Shown here: in pieces, positions 38,761-51,460 of the stretch | How positions within the stretch are numbered: the stretch's first letter is position 1 | Layout: each line of letters begins with the position of its first letter | Assembly (NCBI RefSeq): GCF_001447785.1 | Contig: NW_015166417.1 | Span: 2,245,030 to 2,309,029 of the forward strand | Direction of reading: 5' to 3' | DNA length: 64,000 bases | Source: Gekko japonicus | Lineage: Eukaryota | The notes under the pieces: model-generated | What the model was told of the DNA's origin: nothing | What the model saw: the letters and a program-made list of their open reading frames with translations, nothing else | The model's database searches: none | Position numbers and translations under genes: made by a program

Positions 38761-40269
38761 CTGCAAATATGACATTTAATCAGCTGTGGCATTACTTACA
38801 CTAACATTGAATTAATAAAACATCCTTAGTTCTTGTACTCAATGTTATTGATTTTAAATGGCTAGCTTATACACGGCCTGTTTAAAACTGAAAGATGGGT
38901 TTTGTTAAGTAAAACTCTGGCCCGCAGTCCTGCATGGCGTTTTCAATAGGCAATGGAGTGGCATAAATCTTCTGTGATGGAATAGCCACACCATGAGAAT
39001 CACTCGGGTGCTGTGAATTTAATTCTGCTTTCAAACTGCTTATTAGACAACTTCCGAAACCTGAGATACTTTCCTATATTATGACTGCCTACAGAACTGC
39101 TGACAGAGCTGTTTAGTGATAAATGCATGTTTAACAACCTTTTGTTGTTTATTGATCCTCTGAGAGTTATAGAGGAAAGAAGGCCTCTGGTACAATTATG
39201 ATAGTTTGTTATGCAGTTTTCAGAAGAAAGGCGAATATAAATTTGTGTGTGCGATTGTCTGAAGTTTAATAGCTGAAAGGGAGAACTCAGGAGAGTCTTG
39301 AATAAATATTACCCATGGCGTTGCAGCCTTTATGACTATCTCATTGTTACTCATAGTGCTTGTACGGTCTCATTTTACTTTGCTTGGTGGGTAGCCATGT
39401 GCAGCTTCCAAAACCTGAGATACCACCCCCTTACTATGACTGTGTGCAAAATTTAATGATTACTGTGACACCATTTTATAGCTGTATGCCTTGCAATAAT
39501 ATTTAAAGCTATACAACAAAACAGTGTATTGCACTGAGTAAAAGCAAGGATGCCAAAACAGTTATGTAGAGTTGTGACAATCTTTAATCTAAGCCTGTTT
39601 CCATACAGTAGACGCCTATTAGTGAAACCAGAAAGGATATGAAGCTTCAAAAAAGGATGCAATTCCATTAAAAATTCAAATACAGAAGATGCCAATTGTT
39701 GGCCTCTAAAATTTTGGTTTTAATTACATACATTTAAAAGAAGAGAGATATTGTATCTCCTCCTCAACACTATGCTAGATTTCTAATACAGAGGGTTCAA
39801 ATGGTCACCCCAGTGCTGTTGTGAGGGACAAGTTACCAACTTTTTGAAATTTGTTTGATATTTAATGTTGTTTAAGGTTTGCTGTTGATTTTATTTCTGT
39901 TTTCATTACTTATTGTTGTAACATTTTAACTATTATTTTATTGTTAGGCTGTTTGTAGTGTTTAGATTTCTGGGTTTTTGTATTGTAGTGATTTCCTTAA
40001 TTTCTAATTCATCTTTTGAACTGCTTAGAGTACTGTTTTTAATAGCAGAAAGATAGGGCATACACTTCTAACTTAAATGTTATCTATTTCGTGCAGTTTG
40101 GAAATTATTAGAATATATGTTTCTTGCAGATATAATTGTTTTGTTTAATTTGTAAAGTATTTTCAATTAGATTTTAATGCGAACATTTGGCCTTGACATA
40201 ATATTTGGGATTTATAACTGATGATGTGGATTTTTAAAAAGGCATTTAAATTAGTTAATCTAATTTAGA

Positions 40270-40465
40270 GTGGCCTGATCTCATCAGATCTCAGAAGCTA
40301 AGCAGGTTCTGCCCTGGTTTGTACTTGGATAGGAAACCACCAAAGAAGTCTAGGGTTACTACACAGAGGCAGGCAATGGCAAATCACATCTGTTCGTCTC
40401 TTGCCGTGAAAATCCTACAGGGTTGCTGTTAAGCCGAGTGTGACTAGAAAGCAATTTCTACCACC
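40270..40465 (+). mobile_element. 5S rRNA-derived SINE (SINE3-type)
   Basis: gcctgatctcatcagatctcagaagctaagcagg...gtacttggataggaaacc resembles the 5S internal control region, followed by a non-5S body. Confidence 0.75.
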
Positions 40466-40985
40466 ACACCACCACTAATATACAATGCAATCCTGAACAG
40501 TTAGTCCACTGAAGTCAATGGACTTACAACTCTGCTTATTATCTCTGTATAATTACTAGTACTGTATATTGTTTCTGAATCTATTAGTCTTATTCTGTGG
40601 TCCATACTATGGTGCAATTTAGCATGCTCTAAAATTCTACTGTTTTACTACTACAATTCTAATACCATAGTAGCAATTCTAATAAAGTATTTTATCAAAT
40701 AAAGACAAAGCCCCTGAATATTTCGTTGCTGGAGCCTCTCAGTTGGAGTATAACAGCATAAGGAACAGCATGAGAATAATCTGTTCATACTTAAGGTCTA
40801 GATCTCTTCCTTCATTCAAAATGGTGGGTTTCCTGTCCTACATGACTGCTTTTCAAAAACGATTGACAAAAAATGCTGTCAAAAATGGCTTGAAATGAAT
40901 CCTTAAGGATGAGAGAGGAGATTAAAATAATGGCAATGAAACCTGGGCTACCATTAATTAATTAGTATAGCTGTGTCATTATTAT

Positions 40986-41211
40986 AGGTAAAGGTTTTTC
41001 TTGCTCAAAAGCTAGTCAAATCTGACTCTAGGTGGCAGGGCTCATCTCCGTTTCCAAGCCTAAGAGCCAGCACTGTCCGAAGACGTTTCCATGGTCATGT
41101 GGCCGGCATGACTAAATGCCACGGCACATTGAATGCTGTTACCTTCCCACCAAAGTGGTACCTATTTATCTACTTGCAATTTCTTGCTTTTGAACTACTA
41201 GGTTGGCAGGA
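40986..41211 (-). mobile_element. 5'-truncated Sauria SINE, adjoining a tRNA-derived SINE fragment (to about 41340)
   Basis: High similarity to 4438-4670 (gacgtttcc..ggtcatgtggcc..gtggtacctatttatctacttgc). Confidence 0.85.
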
Positions 41212-44200
41212 GTCAAAGTCAGTATTGTCTACTCAGATTGGCAGTAGCTCTCCAGGGTCTTAGGCTGAGGTCTTCCACATGACGTGGATTGAATTTTGGG
41301 ACCTTCTGCGTGCCAAGCAGATGCTCTGCCACTGAGCCACATCTCTTGCTTGTACAAGTACCCTTCTACTTGTAGAAGGGGGCTTCAGATCTAACTAAGA
41401 ATATTATTTAAGACCTAACTCAGATCTAATACATCATATTATCCCATCATCCCTAAGAAAATTAGTATGGTGGCTTTTGATATTACCATTTCAATGGGAT
41501 AGAACATTTTGTTTCCTCATCTTGTTTTAGGATTGTCATGATGCACTTCCTTTTTTTTTGTCCAGATAAGAGTTAATTATTTTGTTCAAGTTTTCTATTA
41601 TTGTATCTAACTAGGGAGCAAAGCCCATTGTGGATGAAGACAATGGGCCCTAGAAAGGTAGNNNNNNNNNNNNNNNNNNNNNNNNNNNNNNNNNNNNNNN
41701 NNNNNNNNNNNNNNNNNNNNNNNNNNNNNNNNNNNNNNNNNNNNNNNNNNNNNNNNNNNNNNNNNNNNNNNNNNNNNNNNNNNNNNNNNNNNNNNNNNNN
41801 NNNNNNNNNNNNNNNNNNNNNNNNNNNNNNNNNNNNNNNNNNNNNNNNNNNNNNNNNNNNNNNNNNNNNNNNNNNNNNNNNNNNNNNNNNNNNNNNNNNN
41901 NNNNNNNNNNNNNNNNNNNNNNNNNNNNNNNNNNNNNNNNNNNNNNNNNNNNNNNNNNNNNNNNNNNNNNNNNNNNNNNNNNNNNNNNNNNNNNNNNNNN
42001 NNNNNNNNNNNNNNNNNNNNNNNNNNNNNNNNNNNNNNNNNNNNNNNNNNNNNNNNNNNNNNNNNNNNNNNNNNNNNNNNNNNNNNNNNNNNNNNNNNNN
42101 NNNNNNNNNNNNNNNNNNNNNNNNNNNNNNNNNNNNNNNNNNNNNNNNNNNNNNNNNNNNNNNNNNNNNNNNNNNNNNNNNNNNNNNNNNNNNNNNNNNN
42201 NNNNNNNNNNNNNNNNNNNNNNNNNNNNNNNNNNNNNNNNNNNNNNNNGTGGGTGGGGGAGGGGGGAAAACAGGCATGCAATAAAGGGGGGGGGAGAATC
42301 CGGCCGAGGTGAGCGGTGATGAGCTGCCGGCGCCAGCCTTCCACTGATTCCCTCCAGCCCTGGCTAGTTGGGCGGGGGGGGGGGAGTGTTCTGAGGTGGG
42401 AGTTAGGCAACACGGCCAATGGAAGCTGGGGAAGCTTCTGACAGACAGCTCAAGCCTCCAAACACTGTTGGTGCGCATTTTCTCTCCACTGCGTGACGCT
42501 GCGTCTTACTCAATTATATATAAGGGAGAGATTCTGAACCTGGCCCCACTGCAGATTGATAGGTGCACAGAACACACAAAAAAAGTAAAAACAAAATTAA
42601 AAAATGGAAGGGTTGTTGTCAGTGGTTGTGCAGACAACATGCCTCTGCAGGCCTCTGTGGGAGATGGCCTTTGTGGGAGATGGCCTGTGTGGGAGACGGA
42701 TGGGAAATCACAGTCACATGAGCTTGAAATGCAGAAGCATTGGTGATACTCCAGGCAGGCAGAAGAGGGAAAGGGACAACGGAAGCCTACCAGTCAACAA
42801 AGTCCTGAATAAAGCACCAATCAAAAGAGTCCCGAGTTACTGCCTAGCAACTCCCAGTGCTGGAGGAAAGCCTGGTTGAACTTGAAGGGTTTCTGTATCA
42901 GGCCTGCCAAGATGACAGTGGAGGCTGACTTTGGTGGAGAACAGGAGGAAGTGATGGAGGTGGACTGGGAAGGGGAAAGGTGGAAGCCTGAGCCACTGCA
43001 GCTGGTTGAGCCAACCGAGCAAGCAAACAGCCAAGTAAGCCAAAGGGAGGAGCAACAGAATGGGGTGGGAGGCGAGAAGGAGAGAGAGAGAAAGACTGAG
43101 AGCTAAGGGGGAGGGAAAAAGCAAGAGACTGCCTGAGAGAAGGGGGGAGAGAGAAAGAGTGACAGAAGGGGTGGGAAGAATGAGAAAAAGAGAAAAGCTG
43201 AGAGAAGGTCTGAGGGGGAGGGAGAATTAGGGGCAAAAAACTAATTAAGTGAAGGGGTGGGGGAGAGGGGGAAATCAAAGGTGAGGGAAATGGGATGCCC
43301 CCTCCCTGTGAGTTCTCGCTGGTCCTCGCTTGTTGCATACAGAAGTTTCACATAGTTTATAAATTGAGTAATACATGTCAAAATTAATACCCATGTAGTA
43401 GGCTTAACTGTACCAATTAGAGAAGGTGTTCACTGATGATGGGCATTGCTCTTCCTATTTGCTCTCAAATCATGCAATATGCTGCTTTTGGATAACTGAA
43501 TTGTTCCAGTGTTGACTCTGTCATAGATAGCCAGTAATCTTAATTACCTTGAACAATGTGCAGGAAACTTCTGCTTTAAAGCTTCTACTTTAAAATCCTG
43601 TATTTTTTCATCATTTTTTGCTCTTCATTTTATTTATTAAAGCTATGACATCCCTGGTTTTTACAAAGGGTTGAGTGTACAGATTAAATTAGTTTGTTCT
43701 CAAAAAAAAACTTATCAAAATTATCCTGGCAAATATTTTAGAAGCCAAATGCTGCAATATTCTCTGAATATAAAACACTGAAATTCACTATCATTGAATG
43801 TGATGTGTATCCACCTCTAATATCCAATGACATTGGCTTGCAGAATCTGATATTTGGCAGTATTTGACAGAAGACATGGTATGTTGTATTTGAAACTCTT
43901 GCAAATATGCAGTTTTGGACTTTCTACCTTGACAAAGCCTTTTCCACACCGACAACTGTTAGGAAGCCTCTGGGATTCTGCTACACTGTGCAGTGCAGAG
44001 GATTCTGGGGCATGTTCTAGGGTACACTTAACAGTTCATAGTTCTTCACTGTTGCCCACTGTGAATTCAAAGTGTGTCCTACATAGAACTCATCAAAATA
44101 GTTTGAAGATCACTTGATATATCCTATTTGGATGTGTTGAATTTTGGCAGTTCTTATAGTTGACATGCAGTAGCATCTTGAAAATAAAATGTAATGGTAC

Positions 44201-44506
44201 TTAATACCCAGCAGTATTTGATTGGTAATGTGCCATGGTAATTAACCTCTGACAGTTGACTAGGTACTTATAAATTTCAGATTTGTATGTGTCAAAATCA
44301 GAAAAATCAGGCAATCTCACTCTCTTGCCTGAGCTGCTGGGCCTCATGCTGAGGAGAGAGTGAGAATGCAGAGAGGGAAGCCATTACCCTCACTCGAGAG
44401 TCAAGATACACAAGAGCTGGCTAAAGTTCAACAGCACTGGGAAGAGACAACCCCTATATGGTCAAAAGTAATCTGATAATGAGTGTGAACGTAGCTGTCT
44501 GTGAGC

Positions 44507-45559
44507 CAGGCCCGTAGCTACCGCGGGGCCCACATGGCCCACCCCCCGAGGTTTTTATGGGACCCTCCCCTGGTCCTTGACTCCCCCTTCGTACCCCTGG
44601 CCCCCTCACTCCCGATCGATCGCCTCACAGAAAGGGTTAATTAGTGTGGGCTGCGGGAGAAAGTCGGTGGTGAGGCAGAGGGGGGGCAATGACTTCCCAG
44701 CGGAGGCTGTTGCAAGCTTCCAGGGACCTGCAAGCCTCCCCGGCCAGCTGCAAAGCATCAGCTCCTCTGGCCCGAACAGCCTAATGCCTACTTAACTGAG
44801 AGCTCACCATGGAACTTGCTCCCCACCAGCGTCCAGGAGCCCAGGCTGAGTACCATAGGTGGTGGCCAATGTAGCCGGCCACTCACCCGCAGTCTCTCTG
44901 CTCCTGCCCGGGGCCACCTCCCCCTCCTGCAATCTGGGAGGACAGCCTGGCCCTCCCCCACACTCCACCCACCCACCCCGCAATCGCTGCCAGCCCCGTC
45001 GGCTTCACAACCTCCCTGCAGGCTGCTCGGCACTCTGACGGCATTGGCAGGTTCAGGTGACTCCCGCTGTGCTTCTCTCTCCCCAACCCCGTCAGCCTTC
45101 GTGGCTTCAGGCTTCCCTCCCCACCCCCTTCTAATCAGCAAGAATCCTGGGGGAGGAGAGAGAGTTATACATATTTGTCCACCACCACCCCCGCAGGCAT
45201 AGTGCTGGTTTTCTGCAAAGGAGCGGATTGTGCCAGAAGCAGTATGGGAGGAGGAGGAGGGGGAAAGGGAGGGCACATTTGAAATCCCCCGTCTGCCCGC
45301 CCACCCCATTCAGTCCTTTGGTGCCATCGAGCCTTTCGCCTGCAGACGCATGCAACCCGGATCCCATTAAGAAATGAATGGACTGTCACCTTCAGCTGTT
45401 CTCGCCATCCCCGTCCCCCCCACCCCGCCGGCTTTTTCACTTCGGGAACACAAAGCTTTCTCCCTTCTAAAATCTTATTAATCAGCTTTATTTCTCCTGA
45501 TGGCAGGCCCCCTCAGAAAAACATTGGCCCCGAGAAAAAAGTTGTTAGCTACGGGGTTG
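44507..45559. mobile_element. GC-rich non-autonomous hAT-like element, about 1.05 kb
   Basis: TIR caggcccgtagcta / tagctacggggttg; TSD ctgtgagc / gtgtgagc. Confidence 0.75.
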
Positions 45560-46362
45560 GTGTGAGCTATGGAGTGAGTACCATTGCTCTAGATATAGGT
45601 TCTTGAAGTGAATGCATATAGAATTCATTCCATACCGTGCAGTTGTTTAACACCCTTCCCCCTCCCTTATTCTAATGATCTTTGTAGGAAGAAACCACAG
45701 AGAAGTTGAGTGACTGGTCCGTGCGGAGATTCCCTGCAAACGTACTGGAGTAGCAGCTGACCGTGAAGGGACACATCAGTTCTACGTCTTGCTATGACTG
45801 AAAGTAGAATTGTGTTGCTCTTAAAGTGTCTTGTATGTTCCATGCCAAGCCTGCAGAGGGCTCCATTTTGTCACTCTCATGAGACCAGACAAGTAGACAG
45901 ATAAGCAACATAGGGTGGAAAAGAAACGTCTTGTCCCTTTAATGGGATGCCTACTTACCATGAGACGCTTCAGCTGCCCATTTTTACAAATTAAGCCTCT
46001 ATTAAATGACAAGACATTGTTTTCCACGTCTGTTGGCAACCCTAAGCAACATGCCTTCCTAATAAATTACCAGTTACCCCAGAAAACTATTACCAGTTTC
46101 CAGAATCTATAAATGAGAACCAGCAGACTTAACAGAAAATACTATATTAATCTGTGGGAAAATCAAATTGTATTTGCCAAGTAAAATTTTGGAATTGCCT
46201 AATTGGCATAGGGAACTAATGGGGTTTCCGATTCCAAGTTACCTGTTTTTGTTACCTGAACTGTATTTATTAATTCTGATCAAACAGAATTAGCTGCATG
46301 ATATAAGCTTTCTCTTCAAAGGCAGAACACACGTGACCCCATTTCAGGGGTTTTGTACTCAC

Positions 46363-46428
46363 TTCTGCTTTTTTACGTGCCTCCATGGCTTTCATTAGCA
46401 TCATGTGCTGCCTTCTCCTTTCTCGCTC
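46363..46428 (-). CDS. BAZ2B: BAZ2B coiled-coil exon ERERRRQHMMLMKAMEARKKAE
   Basis: tttaatag|GAG CGA ... GCA GAA|gtgagt; 66 nt; phase 0/0. Confidence 0.95.
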
Positions 46429-47962
46429 CTATTAAAGCAGATAAAATTAGAACAAAAAATCTACTACTCTAAGCCAGAGTCACTTAAACAAAAATTATTC
46501 CAAAGCTCAACAGGACATGTTTAGCATTAATAGACAAGTCAAGGTGTACGCTAAATAAAGGGAAAGAATAGCCAAGTCTGTGCATGTTTTAGTTCAGGTT
46601 TAGAAAGCAAATACAAGAACAACTGAAAGCAAAAGGTAAAGTGATGAACATGGAGACAGTGTAAAACAGAAGCATACAGATTTACTTATGGTCAGTTGTG
46701 AGGCTCCTTCAGAAGCTGGCAGAACAAAAAGCATAATGGTTGGCTGGAACAGGTCAGTTACCTTACATCTGCTATAACAGAAAGCTCGCAAATTACTCAC
46801 TGAGTGGCCAATTAAATAGAAGTCAGTAATGGCAGGTCGTTTGGAAAGTAACCAGAAGTGGTTTTTTAAATTATTAGCTAAAGATCATTTTGACCACATG
46901 TTGGTCTATAAATTTCTCTCTTTATAGAAAATTCAGTATGCAGCCAATGGATTAACCTAAACTTATCAGTCTTAAAAAAACAAAACTAGTTTCGGGTAAA
47001 CTAGCCACAGTTCATACACAAACACAGATGGTCCTCTTTACTGGTATCTGTCCTTTAGCCAGAGCCACAGAAGCTGCACCATACATCAGGTTTTATGATA
47101 TTGAGTGAGTCTTGGGCTATAGCAAAATGCAAAAGGTAGTACAAACTACATTTTCAGACGGAAATAATGTAGATTTTTTTAATTTATTGAAAAGATAACA
47201 CACTCAATTCTGTAACCATTTTAAGAAACTAACATGGTTCCAATTGCACTGTGTTAAAATAATTTTATTGATCTATAACGAATATATTTTGAAACAATTA
47301 AAATGAATAAAACATTGAATAGGATTTACAGGATGTGTAGCCAAAGTTGCCTGGTGAGTAAATAACCTGTGATAGGTTAAGCGCACACAGTTTTGGGTAA
47401 GGCTAATTTATCCCTGATTTAGTACAGCTTGATGTCAAGGCAACAGCCTCATACACAGTTTGTCAGGGTCAATTTATAATAAGTTTGAGATAAGTTGTGC
47501 CTTCCCCCCCTCNNNNNNNNNNNNNNNNNNNNNNNNNNNNNNNNNNNNNNNNNNNNNNNNNNNNNNNNNNNNNNNNNNNNNNNNNNNNNNNNNNNNNNNN
47601 NNNNNNNNNNNNNNNNNNNNNNNNNNNNNNNNNNNNNNNNNNNNNNNNNNNNNNNNNNNNNNNNNNNNNNNNNNNNNNNNNNNNNNNNNNNNNNNNNNNN
47701 NNNNNNNNNNNNNNNNNNNNNNNNNNNNNNNNNNNNNNNNNNNNNNNNNNNNNNNNNNNNNNNNCCCCCACTTTATAATTTCCCCCCAAAGATCCCAGTT
47801 CCAAAGCAAGGCAATTTACCCATAAGATGAAGAGCAATATTAAGCAGCAGTCTTTAAGTCCAGATTTTTTTAAAAAAGGAAAATATTCCCATCCCCTTCA
47901 AATATTTTAGGCATAAGTTAAAAATAGCATTTATTGTATCCCATGAAGCTTGGTGTACAAAC

Positions 47963-48007
47963 CTGATGTTTCAGTAGAACAGCTTGCTGCCTCCTCATTT
48001 CCTTTTC
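47963..48007 (-). CDS. BAZ2B: BAZ2B coiled-coil exon EKEMRRQQAVLLKHQ
   Basis: ctttaag|GAA AAG GAA ATG ... CAT CAG|gtttgt; 45 nt; phase 0/0. Confidence 0.94.
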
Positions 48008-48881
48008 CTTAAAGATATAAAAAAAGCAAATCAAGTATCTAATAAACGTGAATGTTAAAAGAAGGACTATTTTTTCCAACATGCAAGCCAGTAGTAAAAA
48101 AGATAAAATCTAGGGACTTCCCTGTGATTGAGTTCTTATTCTTTAAACTTTCCTAACAAACTAGAACAGTGTGCTGGATAGGATGAAAACAGGATGAATA
48201 GAAGATGCATAGAAATGAATGTCCAGGTCATGTGAAGGTCAGGACTGAGACAACATGCTTTCCAAAGCCTTCAGGTACGTGATCAACTCTGTGCTACGCA
48301 GCAACAAGCAAAAACAAGTTTTTCATGTTCTGTATAAAAGCCAAGCAGTTTTATCATCCCCCAAATCTTGAAAGCAACAACTTGAACCAGGATCCAAAGA
48401 GCCCTTGCATGTACTGAAGGACCGGTTCAGCTCCCTCAGGGAAGGCTACCTAGGTCTACTTCTTGGCATATCTAATGCTACCCTAGAAGATTCCCTAACC
48501 TTAAAAAAAAAAACCACCACTTCTCAGGGTATGCATGAGGCCATAGTGAGAACAGAGGAATCAGTAAACAATATCTGTATGGAACACTGCAATGTACACA
48601 GCAGCTCTTTGGATCCCGACTTTGATAAAATAATGGATCTGCTTTCCAATATTCAAGTCAAGGATATATGTGGCTTATAATGATTTCAGGACACTTTTTA
48701 AAAAACCCTGAATATTTAATTCTAAAAAATGCAGTGACCATTTTTGAGGGGTTGTTAGGTAGGCACTCAAAACATAGAGGTACAAATGTATATGCACGCA
48801 TACCAAAACACACCAGCATGTGTCCTACCTTATGCTGATGCAAGGATAAGGGGCCTTCCTCCAGCCTCAGGAGCCTTTCGT

Positions 48882-48940
48882 CAACTTAAGTGGCTCTTCT
48901 GTTGGAGGAAGAGCCACCAACAGAAGAGCCACTTAAGTTG
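48882..48940. repeat. Perfect 24-bp inverted repeat with an 11-nt loop
   Basis: caacttaagtggctcttctgttgg-aggaagagcca-ccaacagaagagccacttaagttg. Confidence 0.95.
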
Positions 48941-49125
48941 GAGGAAGCTTCCGACTTTGCTCAGTGGAATGGTAGGATGGAGGCCACTAAATAAAAGCTT
49001 TTTATCCGTTTGTTTGTTTGTTTGACAATGTAATACACTACCCCATTGGTCATGTGTACTGTCAATCAGGTTTTAATGTTTGGAAGATTAAGAAAGACAA
49101 CACTCCCATACTCATCTAAACTAAC

Positions 49126-49191
49126 CTTTATTCGTTTCTCGGCCTCCAATAATTTGGCATTTGCTGCTTCTTCTTTCTTTTTCTTTTTTGC
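49126..49191 (-). CDS. BAZ2B: BAZ2B coiled-coil exon AKKKKKEEAANAKLLEAEKRIK
   Basis: catgcacag|GCA AAA ... ATA AAG|gttagt; 66 nt; phase 0/0. Confidence 0.95.
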
Positions 49192-50211
49192 CTGTGCATG
49201 CAAAACAGGTCTCAGGGTCATGCAACAGCACCACGACAACTGGAAAGTAATCTCAGACTAGAAATAAAAGCTTCATGCCTCACAAGGTGCAAAACAATAC
49301 CACACATTATGTGTAGGTTATAACAGATTTCTTCCTCAGTATATATTTTTTTTATAACTTGTGGGGTGTGTGTGTGGACACTAAGGAACATGTCATATAT
49401 GAAAATATAATTTAAAAAATGCTACTGGCAACGACACAGCTTTTAAACATTTTGTCTAAAACGCAAGATGGGACAATTACAGATTTGTATGTTTAATTGA
49501 GGTGAATATACTTAATCAGCTGGGCACAATTTCAAGATCTTAATTAAAGCCAACAGTAAGAATCCACTTATCAGCACTTTATCAGAACATTTCTCATTGC
49601 TTAATTTATTAAAACAACTGGTATAACAACTGAGACTAAAAAGAAATCTGTTGCCAGACAGATCAGAAATGAAGATCTGAAACAGAAATCTAAATTTAAA
49701 TAGCCTCTGACTTAACTATACATGGCATGGATCCAATATACAAACCAACTGTTTACAACGTGAAGACTCACAAATCCTTTGAAAGTGTAAACATGCACAT
49801 TCTTTAAGGTTAGAATCATGCTGTTCAAATGTCAACTAGAAAAAGACTTTCCTAATGCTTATTGCTTCTGATGATGATTCTGTCAAACGTTTAGCATTTC
49901 TCTTTACGCCACCTGTAATATGGCTTCCCCAAAGCTACAGAGGTTTCTCATCTCATATTTGAACTAAACTCCATTTTACGATCCTGTATATATATATATA
50001 TTCTCTCAAAATAAAATTGGTGAATTGGCCACTGCCAAATGGCTTTACATGAACTATGAAGGTAAGAATGTACAAGACACAGTTCAGTGTACAAATGGAG
50101 ATATCTACAAATCTGAGACAGTATGATACTCTGATGTAAAATTATAATTCCTGTAACAGCCCCCCCTTTATTTTTTGCTGTAAAAAGCTTGTTTCAACAG
50201 ACACGTTATAC

Positions 50212-50277
50212 CTCTAAAATTTGCTGAGCCCGAAGTTCTTTCTCCATTCTGATTTGCTGGATTCTCTTAATCTTTTC
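50212..50277 (-). CDS. BAZ2B: BAZ2B coiled-coil exon EKIKRIQQIRMEKELRAQQILE
   Basis: ttcttgtag|GAA AAG ... TTA GAG|gtataa; 66 nt; phase 0/0. Confidence 0.95.
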
Positions 50278-50349
50278 CTACAAGAAGAAAAGCTTCCAAT
50301 TGTTTTAAGCAGCAATAATAACAGATGCTATCCCCCCATAGCCTACAGC

Positions 50350-50541
50350 TAGGGTTGCCAGCTCTGGCCTGGGAAATACCTGGAGAGTTTGAGGGTGGGG
50401 TTTGGGGAAGAGGAGGGACCTCGGCAAGGTATAGTGCCATACACTATAGCCATTTGCTCCAGGGGAACTGGTCTCTGTTGTCTGGAGATCAACTGAAATA
50501 GCAGGAGATCTCCAGGCCCCACCTGGAAGTTGGCAACCCTG
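50350..50541. mobile_element. hAT-type TAGGGTTGCCA MITE
   Basis: TIR tagggttgcca / tggcaaccctg; TSD cctacagc / cctacagt. Confidence 0.85.
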
Positions 50542-51460
50542 CCTACAGTGAAGTGTTAGGCGGTGCACACAGACACATCCAGTTCTGGCAAAAAGCCCCA
50601 CCCAGAATGTAATGACATCACATTGTATCTGATTGCACCTTAGAAGGGCGGCTGCAACTATTTCATATGCCATCAACGAGCAGAGCAATGGCAAGTGTCA
50701 CACAACTGCATCACAAAGAATGCAAAGGATGGATCTTCCTGTTCCAAATAGCTGGGCACCATACAGGCCAATGTGATGGCTGTGGCACTGACACAGTACA
50801 GTTAGAAGCACAGGTACACCCTCCTACAATAATTGAAATGAATGGGCTTAGAAGAATGGAACTCTGCTTCAGATTGCACTGTGAGACCCTTCAAGAGCTG
50901 TAGACAAAGGGCTTGGATCCAGCCAGCTTTTTCACTCCACCTCACCTAACTCCCCTCCTTGCTACAACTCCCACCCAACATGTTTATGCAGATCCCATTA
51001 TCCCCCCCCCAATACTCTTTTTGGTTATCAAAGGGGACCCTTTTTCACCAAAGGAAAAGTTGGTTGGATCCAACCCAAAGCTATTAAAGGAAAGTTCCAG
51101 AAGCTAAAAAAAAAAAGGCCATTGGTTGCCCACAATACAGCCCATAGACTCTAAAGCCCACAATACAGCCCACAGACTGTAAAGTACTGAGCACTAGTCT
51201 CATAAGAAGTGCTGACTTAGTGTAGTCTACTCCTGCAGAACAAACACTGGAATTTCTGAAAGTTTTACAATCTTTAGTTCCATCTCATTAAAATTTATGC
51301 ACCAAACATAGCAATTTATTGCCACTCATTTCTTAAAAGTTTTGGCTGCATTCTGATGGTAAATTTAACTGTAGTTAAACTAAACTGTATGACAGGATTG
51401 CACACCTGCCTCACTCCATCCTCCCTTCCTGTGCAGAATTCACTCTGATTTAACATGCCA

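Noticed and set aside
38970-39066. Box C/D snoRNA-like pattern (gtgatgg...ctga) on the + strand
   Set aside because: Imperfect C box, minimal terminal stem, antisense to the host gene, and no recognisable target.
40270-40350. 5S rRNA gene
   Set aside because: Truncated, diverged and fused to a repeat body that recurs at 54745-54948; it is a SINE.
44788-45440. Several overlapping ORFs of up to 173 aa
   Set aside because: They lie in the GC-rich interior of a non-autonomous hAT element with no transposase motifs.
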